A DNA stretch of 64,000 nt from an uncultured Alphaproteobacteria bacterium (GCA_964522525.1 CAZFWG010000005.1:148-64147); one strand, 5' to 3'. Shown: positions 50,050 through 59,626, numbered from the stretch's first letter. Notes: generated by a model from the letters alone, not told the origin. Program-made: numbers and translations.

Positions 50050-50808
50050 CTACTGCCCGCCTTCCGAGGCGCCGAACATGGTCTTCGCATAGAGAACACC
50101 GAGACCGTACGCGCCACCATGGTCTTTCACGATCTCATTGGTTTCGACATAGGTCTCCGAACGGGCCCAATCCCGTTGAAGCTCCAGCAGGTACTGCATC
50201 GACGTGATGGGCACGGCACCCGCCTGGACCATCCGCTGGACCGCCGCATCGTGGATTTCCTTCGACATGCCGCCCGAAGCGTCGGTGATGAAATAGACTT
50301 CGTAACCCTGATCGAGTGCCGACAGGGTTGGGAACACGCCGCACACTTCCGTCCACAGAGCGGCAATGACGATCTTCTTCCGATCAATCTGGTTGACGCG
50401 ATCCGTAACGCGCTTGTCTTCCCAGGTGTTCATGGTCGTGCGATCGATCGGCTCTTGATCCGGAAACACCGCCTTCACGGACGGAAACAGGGGGCCGGAA
50501 AACGTCGTTTCCGCGACAGTCGTCAGGATTGTCGGAACCTCAAAGAGTGCGGCCGCCTTGGCGACTTGCGTGACATTGTTGATCAGCAGATTGGTCTCGA
50601 TCGAGTTGGCCGCAAACGCCATTTGCGGCTGATGATCGATCAGGATCAGGGTGTGATTTTCCGCTGTCAGCAAAGCGTCCGACGCCGTCGACTTCGCCTT
50701 CAAGGCAAACGCCTCGCCTGTCGACGCGAGGCTGGCCGCAAGCGCCAGAGCGGCGAATGCAATCATGCGAAGTCCGCTGTTTCGTTGGATCGATTTGATG
50801 GTGCCCAT
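50050..50808 (-). CDS. Isochorismatase-family (cysteine hydrolase) protein with signal peptide
   Basis: ATG 50808 follows AAGGAGAG. Signal peptide MGTIKSIQRNSGLRMIAFAALALAASLASTGEAFA. The catalytic triad region ALWTEVCGVFPT carries the VCG motif. The ORF-track start at 51075 is an upstream extension. Confidence 0.75.
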   Translation of the reverse strand: MGTIKSIQRNSGLRMIAFAALALAASLASTGEAFALKAKSTASDALLTAENHTLILIDHQPQMAFAANSIETNLLINNVTQVAKAAALFEVPTILTTVAETTFSGPLFPSVKAVFPDQEPIDRTTMNTWEDKRVTDRVNQIDRKKIVIAALWTEVCGVFPTLSALDQGYEVYFITDASGGMSKEIHDAAVQRMVQAGAVPITSMQYLLELQRDWARSETYVETNEIVKDHGGAYGLGVLYAKTMFGASEGGQ

Positions 50809-50881
50809 AGCCCTCTCCTTTTTCCAGTAAGCCATGCTTGGCCCTGACCGCACTGCCCGTTCAGGGTTCGTACATTCTCTC

Positions 50882-51589
50882 TTAGACGGCAAGGTCGAAA
50901 ACGAGAACCTCCCCGTCGTCCTTCCCTTTGATTTCGACACTCGTCTTTCTTGTGACCGCGATCGCATCCCCTGCGGACAATTCACGGCCTTCGATCTCAA
51001 CCGTTCCGCGAGCAACATGGATCCAGGCGCCACGATCTGACGCGAGCGAGAGGGTTGCTTCCTCGCCGTCATCAAAAAGGCCGGCGTAGAAATTGACGTC
51101 TTGGTGGATCGTCACAGAACCGTCACGGCCATCCTGCGAACCCACAAGGCGCAGTCTTCCCCGCTTCTCCTCGTCATCGAAAGCCTTTTGTTCATATTCG
51201 GGGCGCGCGCCATCCGCTTCCGGAATGATCCAGATCTGAAGGAAATGAACGGACTCCTCCCGGGAATGGTTGAACTCCGAATGGCGAATGCCGGTGCCCG
51301 CGCTCATGCGCTGCACCTCACCGGGCCGGATGACCGAGCCCGTGCCAATCGAGTCCTTGTGCTCAAGCGCGCCCTCCAGAACATAGGAGATGATCTCCAT
51401 GTTCTGGTGGCCATGGGTGTCAAACCCCGCGCCGGGCTGAACCCTATCGTCGTTGATCACCCGCAAAGGCCCGAAGCCCATATGGTTGGAGTCGAAATAT
51501 TGCCCGAACGAGAAGGTGTGGCGGGAATTGAGCCAGCCGAAATTGGCCGCGCCGCGCTCCTCTGCCTTTCTGACGGTAATCATGTCCAT
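50882..51589 (-). CDS. Pirin family protein (bicupin; quercetin-2,3-dioxygenase-like)
   Basis: ATG 51589 follows GGAGGA. HTFSFGQYFDSNHMGFGPLRVINDDRVQPGAGFDTHGHQNMEIISYVLEG is the pirin N-cupin motif. 235 aa. The ORF-track start at 52183 is an extension across the LysR gene. Confidence 0.85.
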   Translation of the reverse strand: MDMITVRKAEERGAANFGWLNSRHTFSFGQYFDSNHMGFGPLRVINDDRVQPGAGFDTHGHQNMEIISYVLEGALEHKDSIGTGSVIRPGEVQRMSAGTGIRHSEFNHSREESVHFLQIWIIPEADGARPEYEQKAFDDEEKRGRLRLVGSQDGRDGSVTIHQDVNFYAGLFDDGEEATLSLASDRGAWIHVARGTVEIEGRELSAGDAIAVTRKTSVEIKGKDDGEVLVFDLAV

Positions 51590-51642
51590 CCTCCTTGCCG
51601 CGAAGCTCTGTTGAGTACTTGGCAGGAAAATAGTCGTTTCCG

Positions 51643-51660
51643 GGATTCGCACTAGAATCC
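51643..51660. promoter_or_regulatory. Inverted repeat GGATTC-gcacta-GAATCC in the pirin/LysR divergent region
   Basis: Seen directly. Possible secondary (activation) site. Confidence 0.3.
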
Positions 51661-51673
51661 GAATTGGAAACAA

Positions 51674-51696
51674 ATTGTCTTGTGATTGAAGACAAT
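51674..51696. promoter_or_regulatory. LysR-type T-N11-A palindrome ATTGTCTT-gtgattg-AAGACAAT (candidate LysR recognition site)
   Basis: Seen directly. Perfect 8-nt arms, 17 nt upstream of the LysR ATG and ~85 nt upstream of the divergent pirin start. Confidence 0.5.
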
Positions 51697-51712
51697 ACGC
51701 AGGGGCGCTTTT

Positions 51713-52624
51713 ATGGACCGGTTTACCTCGCTTTCGGCCTTCACCCGCGTTGTCGAAGAAGGCAGCTTTGCCGCCGCGGGCCGGCGCATGGGCCTGTCCC
51801 GGGCCCAGGTCAGCAAGCTCGTCATGGCTCTTGAGGATGGCCTCGGTGCGCAACTCCTGAACCGATCGACTCGGGCCGTTTCGCCGACGCCGACCGGCCG
51901 CGCATTCTACGAAAGGGCCGCCGCCATTCTCGCCGATCTCGCCGCGGCGGAACGAAGTGTCCAGGATGCGGTGGAGGAACCCCAAGGGGACTTGCGCATC
52001 AATGCGCCGATGTCCTTCGGCACCATGCATCTTGCGCCGGCCATCGCAGACTTCATGGTCAGCCATCCCAAGCTCAATGTGATCCTGTCCCTGAACGACC
52101 GGCAAGTCGATCCCGTCGCGGAAGGCTTCGATATCACGGTGCGGATCGGCACGCCCATGGAGTCCACGACGCTGATCGACCACCGGATTGTCGAGGCGCG
52201 CCGGGTCATTTGTGCGTCACCTGATTATTTGAAAACCCAGGGCCGACCGGATGAACCGCGTGACCTGGCCAAACACGACTGCCTCCACTATGCCCCGGGC
52301 TCGGAAGGCGCTACCTGGCGCCTGATGAAAGGGTCAAAAAGTTATGACGTGGGCATCCGGTCTCGGATGACCAGCAACAATGGCGAGGTGCTGCTGGCCG
52401 CCGCCGTCGAGAATCTGGGGATCACGCTCCTGCCGACATTCATTGTCGGCGCCGACTTGCAAGCGGGGCGCCTTGTTACCGTTCTCGATGACTTCACGCC
52501 GCCGCCGCTCCATCTATGCCTGCTCTATCCACCCAACCGACATTTGTCTCCCCGGCTCCGGCTCTTCGTCGACTTCTTCCATGAGCGTTTTGCCGATCGT
52601 CCGTATTGGGATCTCGTTCGATAG
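51713..52624 (+). CDS. LysR family transcriptional regulator
   Basis: MDRFTSLSAFTRVVEEGSFAAAGRRMGLSRAQVSKLVMALEDGLGAQLLNRSTR (HTH) plus a substrate-binding domain. It is divergent from the pirin-tyrosinase gene set. Confidence 0.85.
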   Translation: MDRFTSLSAFTRVVEEGSFAAAGRRMGLSRAQVSKLVMALEDGLGAQLLNRSTRAVSPTPTGRAFYERAAAILADLAAAERSVQDAVEEPQGDLRINAPMSFGTMHLAPAIADFMVSHPKLNVILSLNDRQVDPVAEGFDITVRIGTPMESTTLIDHRIVEARRVICASPDYLKTQGRPDEPRDLAKHDCLHYAPGSEGATWRLMKGSKSYDVGIRSRMTSNNGEVLLAAAVENLGITLLPTFIVGADLQAGRLVTVLDDFTPPPLHLCLLYPPNRHLSPRLRLFVDFFHERFADRPYWDLVR

Positions 52625-52681
52625 CCCCTTCCCGCCGGAAGTCACATCCCGTTGTGGTGTCGCGGCGGAGCAGGACGCTTG

Positions 52682-53293
52682 TCAGCTCATCGTGATCGCC
52701 TTCTGAAAAGCGGGACGTGCCGCAACACGGTCGACATAGGCCTTGAGATGGGCCATCTCGTCGGGCACACAGCCGAGCCTGTTGCTCATGAAGGCCGCAT
52801 GGCCCAGCATGATATCCGCGCCAGAGAAATTGCCGATCAGATAGTCCTTGCCGTCAAGCGTTTCATCGACGGGCGCCAGAGCCTTGGTCAACAGACGCTG
52901 GGCCTGACCCAACACCGCTTCGTCGCGCCGATCCGGCGGCAGCAGGATCGTCTGTACGACAATCGTGTTGACCGGCGGCATCACCATGCCTTCGCAATAG
53001 TGGAACCACTGGAGATAGGCCGGAAATTCGGGGGCGGACACGGCCGGCTTCAGGCCACCGTTCTTGTGACGTTCCAGGACATATTCCACAATGGCCCCGG
53101 ATTCATAGATCGTCACGTCTCCGTCTTCGAGGACCGGCACCCGGCCGAGGGGATGGCGGGCCCGATGCTCATCGGATTTCAGATCCTTCGGATGGAAGGA
53201 CATGGCGTTCAACTCGTAAGGCAGGCCGAGTTCTTCCAGCAGCCATACGATCCGGCCGGCCCGTGAATTCGGTGCGAAATGCAGCTTAAGCAT
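52682..53293 (-). CDS. Glutathione S-transferase
   Basis: MLKLHFAPNSRAGRIVWLLEELGLPYEL...HPLGRVPVLEDGDVTIYESGAIVEYV (thioredoxin-like N-domain) plus a C-terminal GST domain. ATG 53293 is preceded by GAGGGGAGAG. Confidence 0.8.
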   Translation of the reverse strand: MLKLHFAPNSRAGRIVWLLEELGLPYELNAMSFHPKDLKSDEHRARHPLGRVPVLEDGDVTIYESGAIVEYVLERHKNGGLKPAVSAPEFPAYLQWFHYCEGMVMPPVNTIVVQTILLPPDRRDEAVLGQAQRLLTKALAPVDETLDGKDYLIGNFSGADIMLGHAAFMSNRLGCVPDEMAHLKAYVDRVAARPAFQKAITMS

Positions 53294-53335
53294 CGTGCTC
53301 TCCCCTCGTGTTGTTGTGTTGAGTTCTGACAATGG

Positions 53336-54004
53336 TCAATGGGACAGGCTTGCCCGAATGGCCTCCAATGTCGTGCTGCGCACGGCGCGTTTATTGCCGG
53401 CATAGGCGGGCGTGGGAAGCTCCGCCAGTTGGCGGGCCACGGCCATGGCTTGTTCGATCAGATCGTCGGGCTGGACAGCGGCATCCAGGAAACCGATCCG
53501 AACCGCCCCTTCCGGATCATAGAGCGTTCCCTGAACGGCGGCTTCCGTCAAATGATCCGCAGGGATCCGGGCTTTGAGAAGTTCCAACGCGAATACCGGC
53601 AAGACCATATTGATGGCGGTCTCATTAGCGCCAATCTTAAACGCTCCGTGGACGCCTATACGCGTATCGCACGACAGGAGCAGGAAAGAGCCCATGGCAA
53701 TCGCATGCCCGGTGCAGGCGGCGACGAGCGGCAAGGGAAAGCCATAGAGCCGTTCGGCCATGGCGCCGCCGGCCCGCACGAGGGCTCCCGCCTCCTCCGC
53801 CGATGCCTCCTGAAGCACTTTGAGATCAAATCCGGCTGAGAAACGGCCCGGCCGCCCCATCAGGACAACCGCCTTCGCGGTCGCTTCGGCTTCATCAAGG
53901 GCTGCGTTGAGGGCCGACAGAAGGTCCATATTGACGGCATTCGCCTTGCCATCATCCATGGAGATCAGGGCGACGGTGTCATGCAATTGCAGATTGACGG
54001 ACAT
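53336..54004 (-). CDS. Enoyl-CoA hydratase/isomerase (crotonase) family protein
   Basis: ALISMDDGKANAVNMDLLSALNAAL...VVLMGRPGRFSAGFDLK...ACTGHAIAMGSFLLLSCDTRIG (oxyanion-hole motifs). Confidence 0.8.
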   Translation of the reverse strand: MSVNLQLHDTVALISMDDGKANAVNMDLLSALNAALDEAEATAKAVVLMGRPGRFSAGFDLKVLQEASAEEAGALVRAGGAMAERLYGFPLPLVAACTGHAIAMGSFLLLSCDTRIGVHGAFKIGANETAINMVLPVFALELLKARIPADHLTEAAVQGTLYDPEGAVRIGFLDAAVQPDDLIEQAMAVARQLAELPTPAYAGNKRAVRSTTLEAIRASLSH

Positions 54005-54099
54005 TTTCTTCTCTCATTCGTCTCTATGCGAAACAGGTGACATTGTGCGAGACGGCCGGCCGGGGTCATTCTACAAGGCCATCTCCCGGCCGCACCACA

Positions 54100-55608
54100 T
54101 CAGGAATAGACAAGAGCATCCGTATCAAGATCAAGGGCCGGAATCTCATCCTTTTCCTTCCAGTAGTCCTGGGTGTGGCGCCAGTCCGGATGATCGCCCG
54201 CCTTAGGCAGAAGATGCATGCTGCGCTTGAGGTAGTTCGGGTTGAAATCTTCGTCGTCGATCCATGTGCCTATTTTCATGTCTTTGAGGCTTTCCGGGAT
54301 ATGGGGCGTGACCTGCCGTGCGCCGATGGCATCCATGTGTTTGAGGAGGCGGCAGACATAGTCGCCCAGCAAATCAACACGGAGGGTCCAACTGGCGCGG
54401 AAATACCCGAACACCCAGAGAAGATTGGGAACATCCGTGAACATCATACCGCGATAGGTGACAGTCTGCGGCCAATCGACAATCTTGCCGTCGACTTCAA
54501 ACAGCACATCCCCCATGACAGACAAATTGAAGCCCGTCGCCGTGATGATGATGTCAGCTTCCAGTTCCTCGCCGGACTGCAGCAACAGCCCCTTTGGCGT
54601 GAACCGGGCGATCTGATCGGTCCGCATGCTGGCCTTTCCGGACGCGAAACACTTGAAGAGATCCCCATCCGGAACAAAGGCAAGGCGTTGTTGCCAAGGA
54701 CGGTAACGGGGGGTCAGATGGGTTTCCATGTCGAAGTCGGGACCGACAAAAGGACGCAACGCCTCGAGCAGCTCCTGTTTGACGATCTCCGGCTCCTCCT
54801 TGGACCGACGGTCCATCTCCCGCTGCTGAAACAACGCGACGCGGCGGACAATGTCGTGAATGACCATGGGGTCGACTTCCACGGCCCGGAGCAAATCGGC
54901 CAATTCATTGACGTTTTGGCCGGGATGGAAATAGGTCGGCGAACGTTGGACAAGTGTCAGGTGCTCACAGTCCTCCGCGATCGCCGGCACAAGGGTCGCG
55001 GCCGTCGCACCGGACCCGATCAGGATGACCTTCTTGCCTTTGTAGTCCAGATCTTCGGGCCAGGTCTGGGGATGGACAACAACGCCCTTGTAGTCGTCCA
55101 TGCCTTCCCATTCGGGCGTGTAGCCCTGTTCGTGCTTATAGTAGCCCTGACACATCCAGAGGAAATTGGCCGTGAAATATTTCTTCTCGGCCGTCTTGAG
55201 GTCGGTGGCCTCGACAATCCATAATTTGTGCTCTGACGACCAGGCGGCCCGCTCTATCCGATGGCCATAGCGGATATGCTCACGCAACTGATTATCTTCA
55301 ATGACCTCGTCCATATATTTCAGGATCTCGTCGGCCGTCGCAATCGGCGCGCTCATCCAGGGCTTGAACCGGTAGCCAAAGGTATAGAGGTCCGAGTCGG
55401 AGCGAATGCCGGGATATTTGTGCATGTGCCAAGTCCCGCCAAAAGTGTCGTATTTCTCCAGAATGACAAAGCTCTTGTCCGGGCATTGCTCTTGAAGGTG
55501 GTAAGCGGATCCGATCCCGGATATCCCGGCACCCACGATCAAGACATCGAAATGTTCGACATTGGCCCTGGCTGCAGCCTCTTGATATGCTTCCATCCCG
55601 TTCACCAA
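54100..55608 (-). CDS. Flavin-containing monooxygenase (class B flavoprotein monooxygenase)
   Basis: Motifs: FAD GxGxxG (VLIVGAGISGIG), FMO-identifying FGGTWHMHKYPG (FxGxxxHxxxY/F) and NADPH GxGxxA (ILIGSGATAATL). Confidence 0.8.
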   Translation of the reverse strand: MVNGMEAYQEAAARANVEHFDVLIVGAGISGIGSAYHLQEQCPDKSFVILEKYDTFGGTWHMHKYPGIRSDSDLYTFGYRFKPWMSAPIATADEILKYMDEVIEDNQLREHIRYGHRIERAAWSSEHKLWIVEATDLKTAEKKYFTANFLWMCQGYYKHEQGYTPEWEGMDDYKGVVVHPQTWPEDLDYKGKKVILIGSGATAATLVPAIAEDCEHLTLVQRSPTYFHPGQNVNELADLLRAVEVDPMVIHDIVRRVALFQQREMDRRSKEEPEIVKQELLEALRPFVGPDFDMETHLTPRYRPWQQRLAFVPDGDLFKCFASGKASMRTDQIARFTPKGLLLQSGEELEADIIITATGFNLSVMGDVLFEVDGKIVDWPQTVTYRGMMFTDVPNLLWVFGYFRASWTLRVDLLGDYVCRLLKHMDAIGARQVTPHIPESLKDMKIGTWIDDEDFNPNYLKRSMHLLPKAGDHPDWRHTQDYWKEKDEIPALDLDTDALVYS

Positions 55609-56065
55609 CCCTGACTTTTTGTTCCAATCCGCCCCTGTCCGCCAATTCTACGCCAGACGGAAGCGGTCTCGCCTTAATCTCTATTATGGCCATGCCGGCA
55701 CCCCCCACACGACCGAGACTGTCATAGTGTACCCGACGGCACTGCGTCACAAGAAGCCGAAACGACAGGGCATCGGCGCCGCAGACGCGCGTTCATCCGG
55801 ATCATGGCCAGGAGGCGTGGAAAAAACGCCTCTGGTGGGTTTTCCGTTCCGGTTTCAACCGCGAAGCGAAAGGCCGCAAGGGATTGCAAGGCTTTGCACC
55901 CCCAGGGCCGCAGTCGTGGCCCCTGCCTGGCCCGCTGATTTTGGGATTGACAAAAATCAAGGGCACGGCCTAGCTGCGCCCCTAATGTCGGGCCCAGACA
56001 AAGAAGAGCCGATTTCGCGAAGCAGGCTTGCGGGCATCCTCAAATGTTGCGGGAAGGAGTGAAAT

Positions 56066-56308
56066 ATGACCCATACGCCACATGAACTGGCCGCCGATTT
56101 TCCGGAATTTGCCGATACCATTCATCGTTTGAAAACAGAAGATGCTCACTTTCACAAACTCCACGAGGAGTATCATGTCCTCAACCGCGACATTCACCGT
56201 GCGGAGACGGATGTTGAACCGACCTCGGACCAACATCTCGAGGAAATGAGAACCCGCCGTGTACGGCTCAAAGATGAACTCTACGGACTGCTGAAAGCCG
56301 CCCAATAG
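56066..56308 (+). CDS. DUF465 (YdcH-like) small protein
   Basis: 80 aa. HFHKLHEEYHVLNRDIHRAE... is the typical DUF465 helix. Confidence 0.65.
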   Translation: MTHTPHELAADFPEFADTIHRLKTEDAHFHKLHEEYHVLNRDIHRAETDVEPTSDQHLEEMRTRRVRLKDELYGLLKAAQ

Positions 56309-56431
56309 GCTGTCTCGGGATCTTTAGAATAACGGACTGAGCAAGGCGCCATCTGGACATATGGCGCCTTTTCCATAGCACGGTGCGGGCCGCCCGCCCC
56401 GGCCCGATGACCACCGCGGGATCAGGAGGCA

Positions 56432-57949
56432 TCACGCCTGTTCGCGGTCGAGCACTTGCACCGTTTCATGGTAAAGGCGGTGCGCGGTTTCGTGGGTCTC
56501 GCCGATGCAGACCACGCCAAGCTTGCCGAATTCCGACAGAGCACCGATCAAATGGAAGACGACGCCCTGCTGCGTCGCGCTGTTAAAGTGCAGCTCGTTG
56601 TCGACGGCGATATCGACCAGATCGTCCGGCGTCATGCCGCGATAGTGATCCGCCTCGAGATTATCGGAGGCATGGTAGAAACAGGGATGACCCGTCGGCG
56701 TGCGGTAGAGCCCGGTCTCCTCGTCATAATGCCCGTCTGTCAGAAATTGCAGCATCAAGAAGGGATGCGTCGTGCCCCCTTTGCGCAGATTGATCTCGAT
56801 GGCGTAGTGCCGCCAGCCTTCGGGTTCACGCACGGAAATGAAATCAACACCAAAGCGCCCGAGTACGCCATTTCTCTTCAAGGCGTCAGCGGCTTTCTTC
56901 CCTTCCCGTTGAATGCTCAAACGATAGTCTTCGTCGGCCGGAAACCGGCAGCCCATGAAGATCTGGTCTGAATGTCCGCCCAGGATCTGATCGTGGGTCG
57001 AGATGACATGGACCTCCCCCAGCGGATCGATGCGGTATTGGACCGACGGCGAGCGCTTGATGTCTCCTTCCACGAATTCTTCGACGATGCCCCCCATCTC
57101 CTTCAACTTAGAATCGAACAGTTCCCAGGTCATGCCGGCGGCTTCGAATTCGAGATTGGGCAGACGGGAGAGAACTGTGTCCCGGGTCGGCACTGTGTCG
57201 TCGAAACGAAACAGAGCGTTGCCTTCGCCGGAAAAACCCTCGTTCAGTTTGACGACCGCCCGGCGCAGATTGGGCCTGCGCTTTTTCAGATCCACGAGGC
57301 CATCGGCCACCGAAACCGCGTCACTCAGGTCTTCCGTGCCGTCGGGCATGGCCACGCCGGTTTCCCGGAAAACACGGCGTGAGCCGCTTTTCGAGCCGAT
57401 CGGCAACAGCGCAGGATCACAACCGTAAAGGGGAATGCCGAGACGAACCGCCAAGGTGCGTTCGAGATCGGAGACGGTGAAACAGCTCATGTGAGCCGTG
57501 GCCGTATCCTCGATCGCGCCCCGGATACGCGCGAGCAGCCGGGGACGGTGCAGGATTTTTTCCGTAAGCGGCCGGGACGTCGCATCGTAACAGCTCAACA
57601 GGCACAGGCGCCGACGGGCATGCTGAGGCGGCACGGCAGGCAGCAGGTGCATGTAGTAATCGATGATCGTATCGACGATGGGTTGGCTCGTCACATAGAT
57701 GACCCGCGTGTTCGGCATGCGCAGGAGCAGGAGCATGCACAACATTCGTTCCTCATAGTGATGAACGCCGGAAATGCGGTTCAAGACTTCCTGATCGAGG
57801 CTCAGACTGGGAACGACGAGGACGGTCCGCGGCGCATGGATGTCATTGAAGGCATGGGCATAATGCGTAGAGAACTGTGCCTGCAGGCGTTGAAATGCCT
57901 GATATTCCTCCGGGGAGCCTGGCGCCAGATCGGGTGTCGTCTTGTCCAT
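56432..57949 (-). CDS. ATP-grasp domain protein with large N-terminal pre-ATP-grasp domain (PGM1-like peptide/carboxylate-amine ligase candidate)
   Basis: C-terminal ATP-grasp signatures VVKLNEGFSGEGNALF, IVEEFVEGD and YAIEINLRKGGTTHPF (E-x-N Mg site). ~240 aa of N-terminal non-grasp sequence. Start at internal ATG 57949 (MDKTTPDL). Confidence 0.7.
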   Translation of the reverse strand: MDKTTPDLAPGSPEEYQAFQRLQAQFSTHYAHAFNDIHAPRTVLVVPSLSLDQEVLNRISGVHHYEERMLCMLLLLRMPNTRVIYVTSQPIVDTIIDYYMHLLPAVPPQHARRRLCLLSCYDATSRPLTEKILHRPRLLARIRGAIEDTATAHMSCFTVSDLERTLAVRLGIPLYGCDPALLPIGSKSGSRRVFRETGVAMPDGTEDLSDAVSVADGLVDLKKRRPNLRRAVVKLNEGFSGEGNALFRFDDTVPTRDTVLSRLPNLEFEAAGMTWELFDSKLKEMGGIVEEFVEGDIKRSPSVQYRIDPLGEVHVISTHDQILGGHSDQIFMGCRFPADEDYRLSIQREGKKAADALKRNGVLGRFGVDFISVREPEGWRHYAIEINLRKGGTTHPFLMLQFLTDGHYDEETGLYRTPTGHPCFYHASDNLEADHYRGMTPDDLVDIAVDNELHFNSATQQGVVFHLIGALSEFGKLGVVCIGETHETAHRLYHETVQVLDREQA

Positions 57950-58462
57950 GTCGGATCCGCCCTTGTCACACGCTTGGCCACCAGGATATCCCATTCCTGG
58001 TCAGATGCCATGTCCGTCTCGGTTGCTTGCCCGTTCACGGCCGCAAGGTGCAAAACGGATTCGAGGACAACAGACGCGCCATGCCTCGCTTTCCCTGGAG
58101 GGCGCACGGCATCGAGGACGACAAATCATGTGGATCCGGGGGATACACACCATGTTGATCGGCATGAAAGGGCGCAGAGCAAGGCTTGGCTTTGGGCAGG
58201 ACGGCGGGGGCACACCCTATCCGTCGGGATCGCTGCCGTGCGATGAATGCGCTGCCTGTTCCATGCCGTGATGGCATTTCCTCTTTACAATGAATAGTTG
58301 GGCAGGCAGCAGGCAAGGCGAGAGCCCGCCCCCCTATTCGGCCCTCTCTTTCCGGACTACAGTTGAGCGGATAGTTCTTCCATGAGCCGAAACACCCCGG
58401 CATGATCCAACCTCCGAGCCAAAGCACTTCTTTGCGCCTTCACTGTCCATGGAGCGTCAACC

Positions 58463-59626
58463 ATGAAATTTGATCGACGGAGCCTTCTGGTTGCGGGCGC
58501 GGGCGCCCTGGTCGCAGGGTGCGACTCTGGGGGCAGCCCTTCCGAAAAGCCCCGCCCCTTACGCTTCTCCGAACGGGCGGATGTGGTACCGCTCAAGCTC
58601 AGCCAGGACAGGCTCATGCGGATCACGGTCTGTACACGGCCCTTTCGGGGGGCGGGCCCGCGTCTCGAAGCCGAAGTCATCGATGGCAAGCGCGTTGTCC
58701 ACAATTATGGCCATGGCGGATCGGGCTGGTCTCTGTCCTGGGGCTGTGCGGCCGAGGCCGTCGAACTGGCGTTGCAGGGTGGGGCGCGCTCCTTCGCCGT
58801 GATCGGCGCCGGCGCCATGGGCCTGACGACGGCCCTGCGCCTTGTGGAGACCGGGGCTCAAGTCACGATCTATGCCCGTGAATTTCCGGCCGAGACCCGA
58901 TCCGCGCGGGCAACCGGGGTCTGGTCACCCAGCAGCCGGATCGGGCTCGGTGACAGGGTTGACCCGGACTTCGCCACCCGATGGGAAAGATGGGCCCGCC
59001 TGTCTTATCCCGTACACCAACATTATGTCGGCACGGTCGGAAACCCGGTGGAATACGTGCGTCGCTATGGTCTTCGCGACACGGAGGAAAGAGTGCAACG
59101 GGAAGCAAGCCGGGATTTCCTGGAACTCGGTCGGCGTCTGCGCGACTTGCACTCCCCTTTTGTCAACCTTGCGGCGGAGGACCATCCCTTTCCCGTCCCC
59201 CATGTGCGGGGCGGGCAGTTGATGACCTTCAATGTCGCCGCCTATTCGGACCGGCTGATGCGGGACTTCCTTCTGTTTGGCGGGCGCATGATCCGGCGGG
59301 AGTTTCCGGCCATCGCCGATATCCTCGCCCTGCCGGAACCGGTTGTTGTCAATTGCACGGGCTATGGCGCCAAGACTCTGTGGGGCGATCAGAGCCTTGA
59401 ACCCGTACGGGGGCAGATCAATTGGTTCACGCCCCAACCCAATGCACGCTATGGCCTGTTCTACCGTGACGTTTCCGTTGTTTCGAGAACCGATGGCATG
59501 GTCGTGCAATATGTCGGCTCGAACGATGATTATGGGTTCGGGGATGACAGCGAAACACCGGACCGGGAAGAAATGGCGGGAACCCTGGAGACCTTAGCGC
59601 CCCTCTTCGCGCGCCGCCGAGGGTGA
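58463..59626 (+). CDS. FAD-dependent oxidoreductase, D-amino-acid-oxidase-like, Tat-lipoprotein signal, apparent circular permutation
   Basis: Signal MKFDRRSLLVAGAGALVAGC. The DAO C-terminal signature HNYGHGGSGWSLSWGCA occurs at residue ~80, before the dinucleotide-binding FAVIGAGAMGLTTALRL. EPVRGQ lies near the C-terminus. Confidence 0.7.
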   Translation: MKFDRRSLLVAGAGALVAGCDSGGSPSEKPRPLRFSERADVVPLKLSQDRLMRITVCTRPFRGAGPRLEAEVIDGKRVVHNYGHGGSGWSLSWGCAAEAVELALQGGARSFAVIGAGAMGLTTALRLVETGAQVTIYAREFPAETRSARATGVWSPSSRIGLGDRVDPDFATRWERWARLSYPVHQHYVGTVGNPVEYVRRYGLRDTEERVQREASRDFLELGRRLRDLHSPFVNLAAEDHPFPVPHVRGGQLMTFNVAAYSDRLMRDFLLFGGRMIRREFPAIADILALPEPVVVNCTGYGAKTLWGDQSLEPVRGQINWFTPQPNARYGLFYRDVSVVSRTDGMVVQYVGSNDDYGFGDDSETPDREEMAGTLETLAPLFARRRG

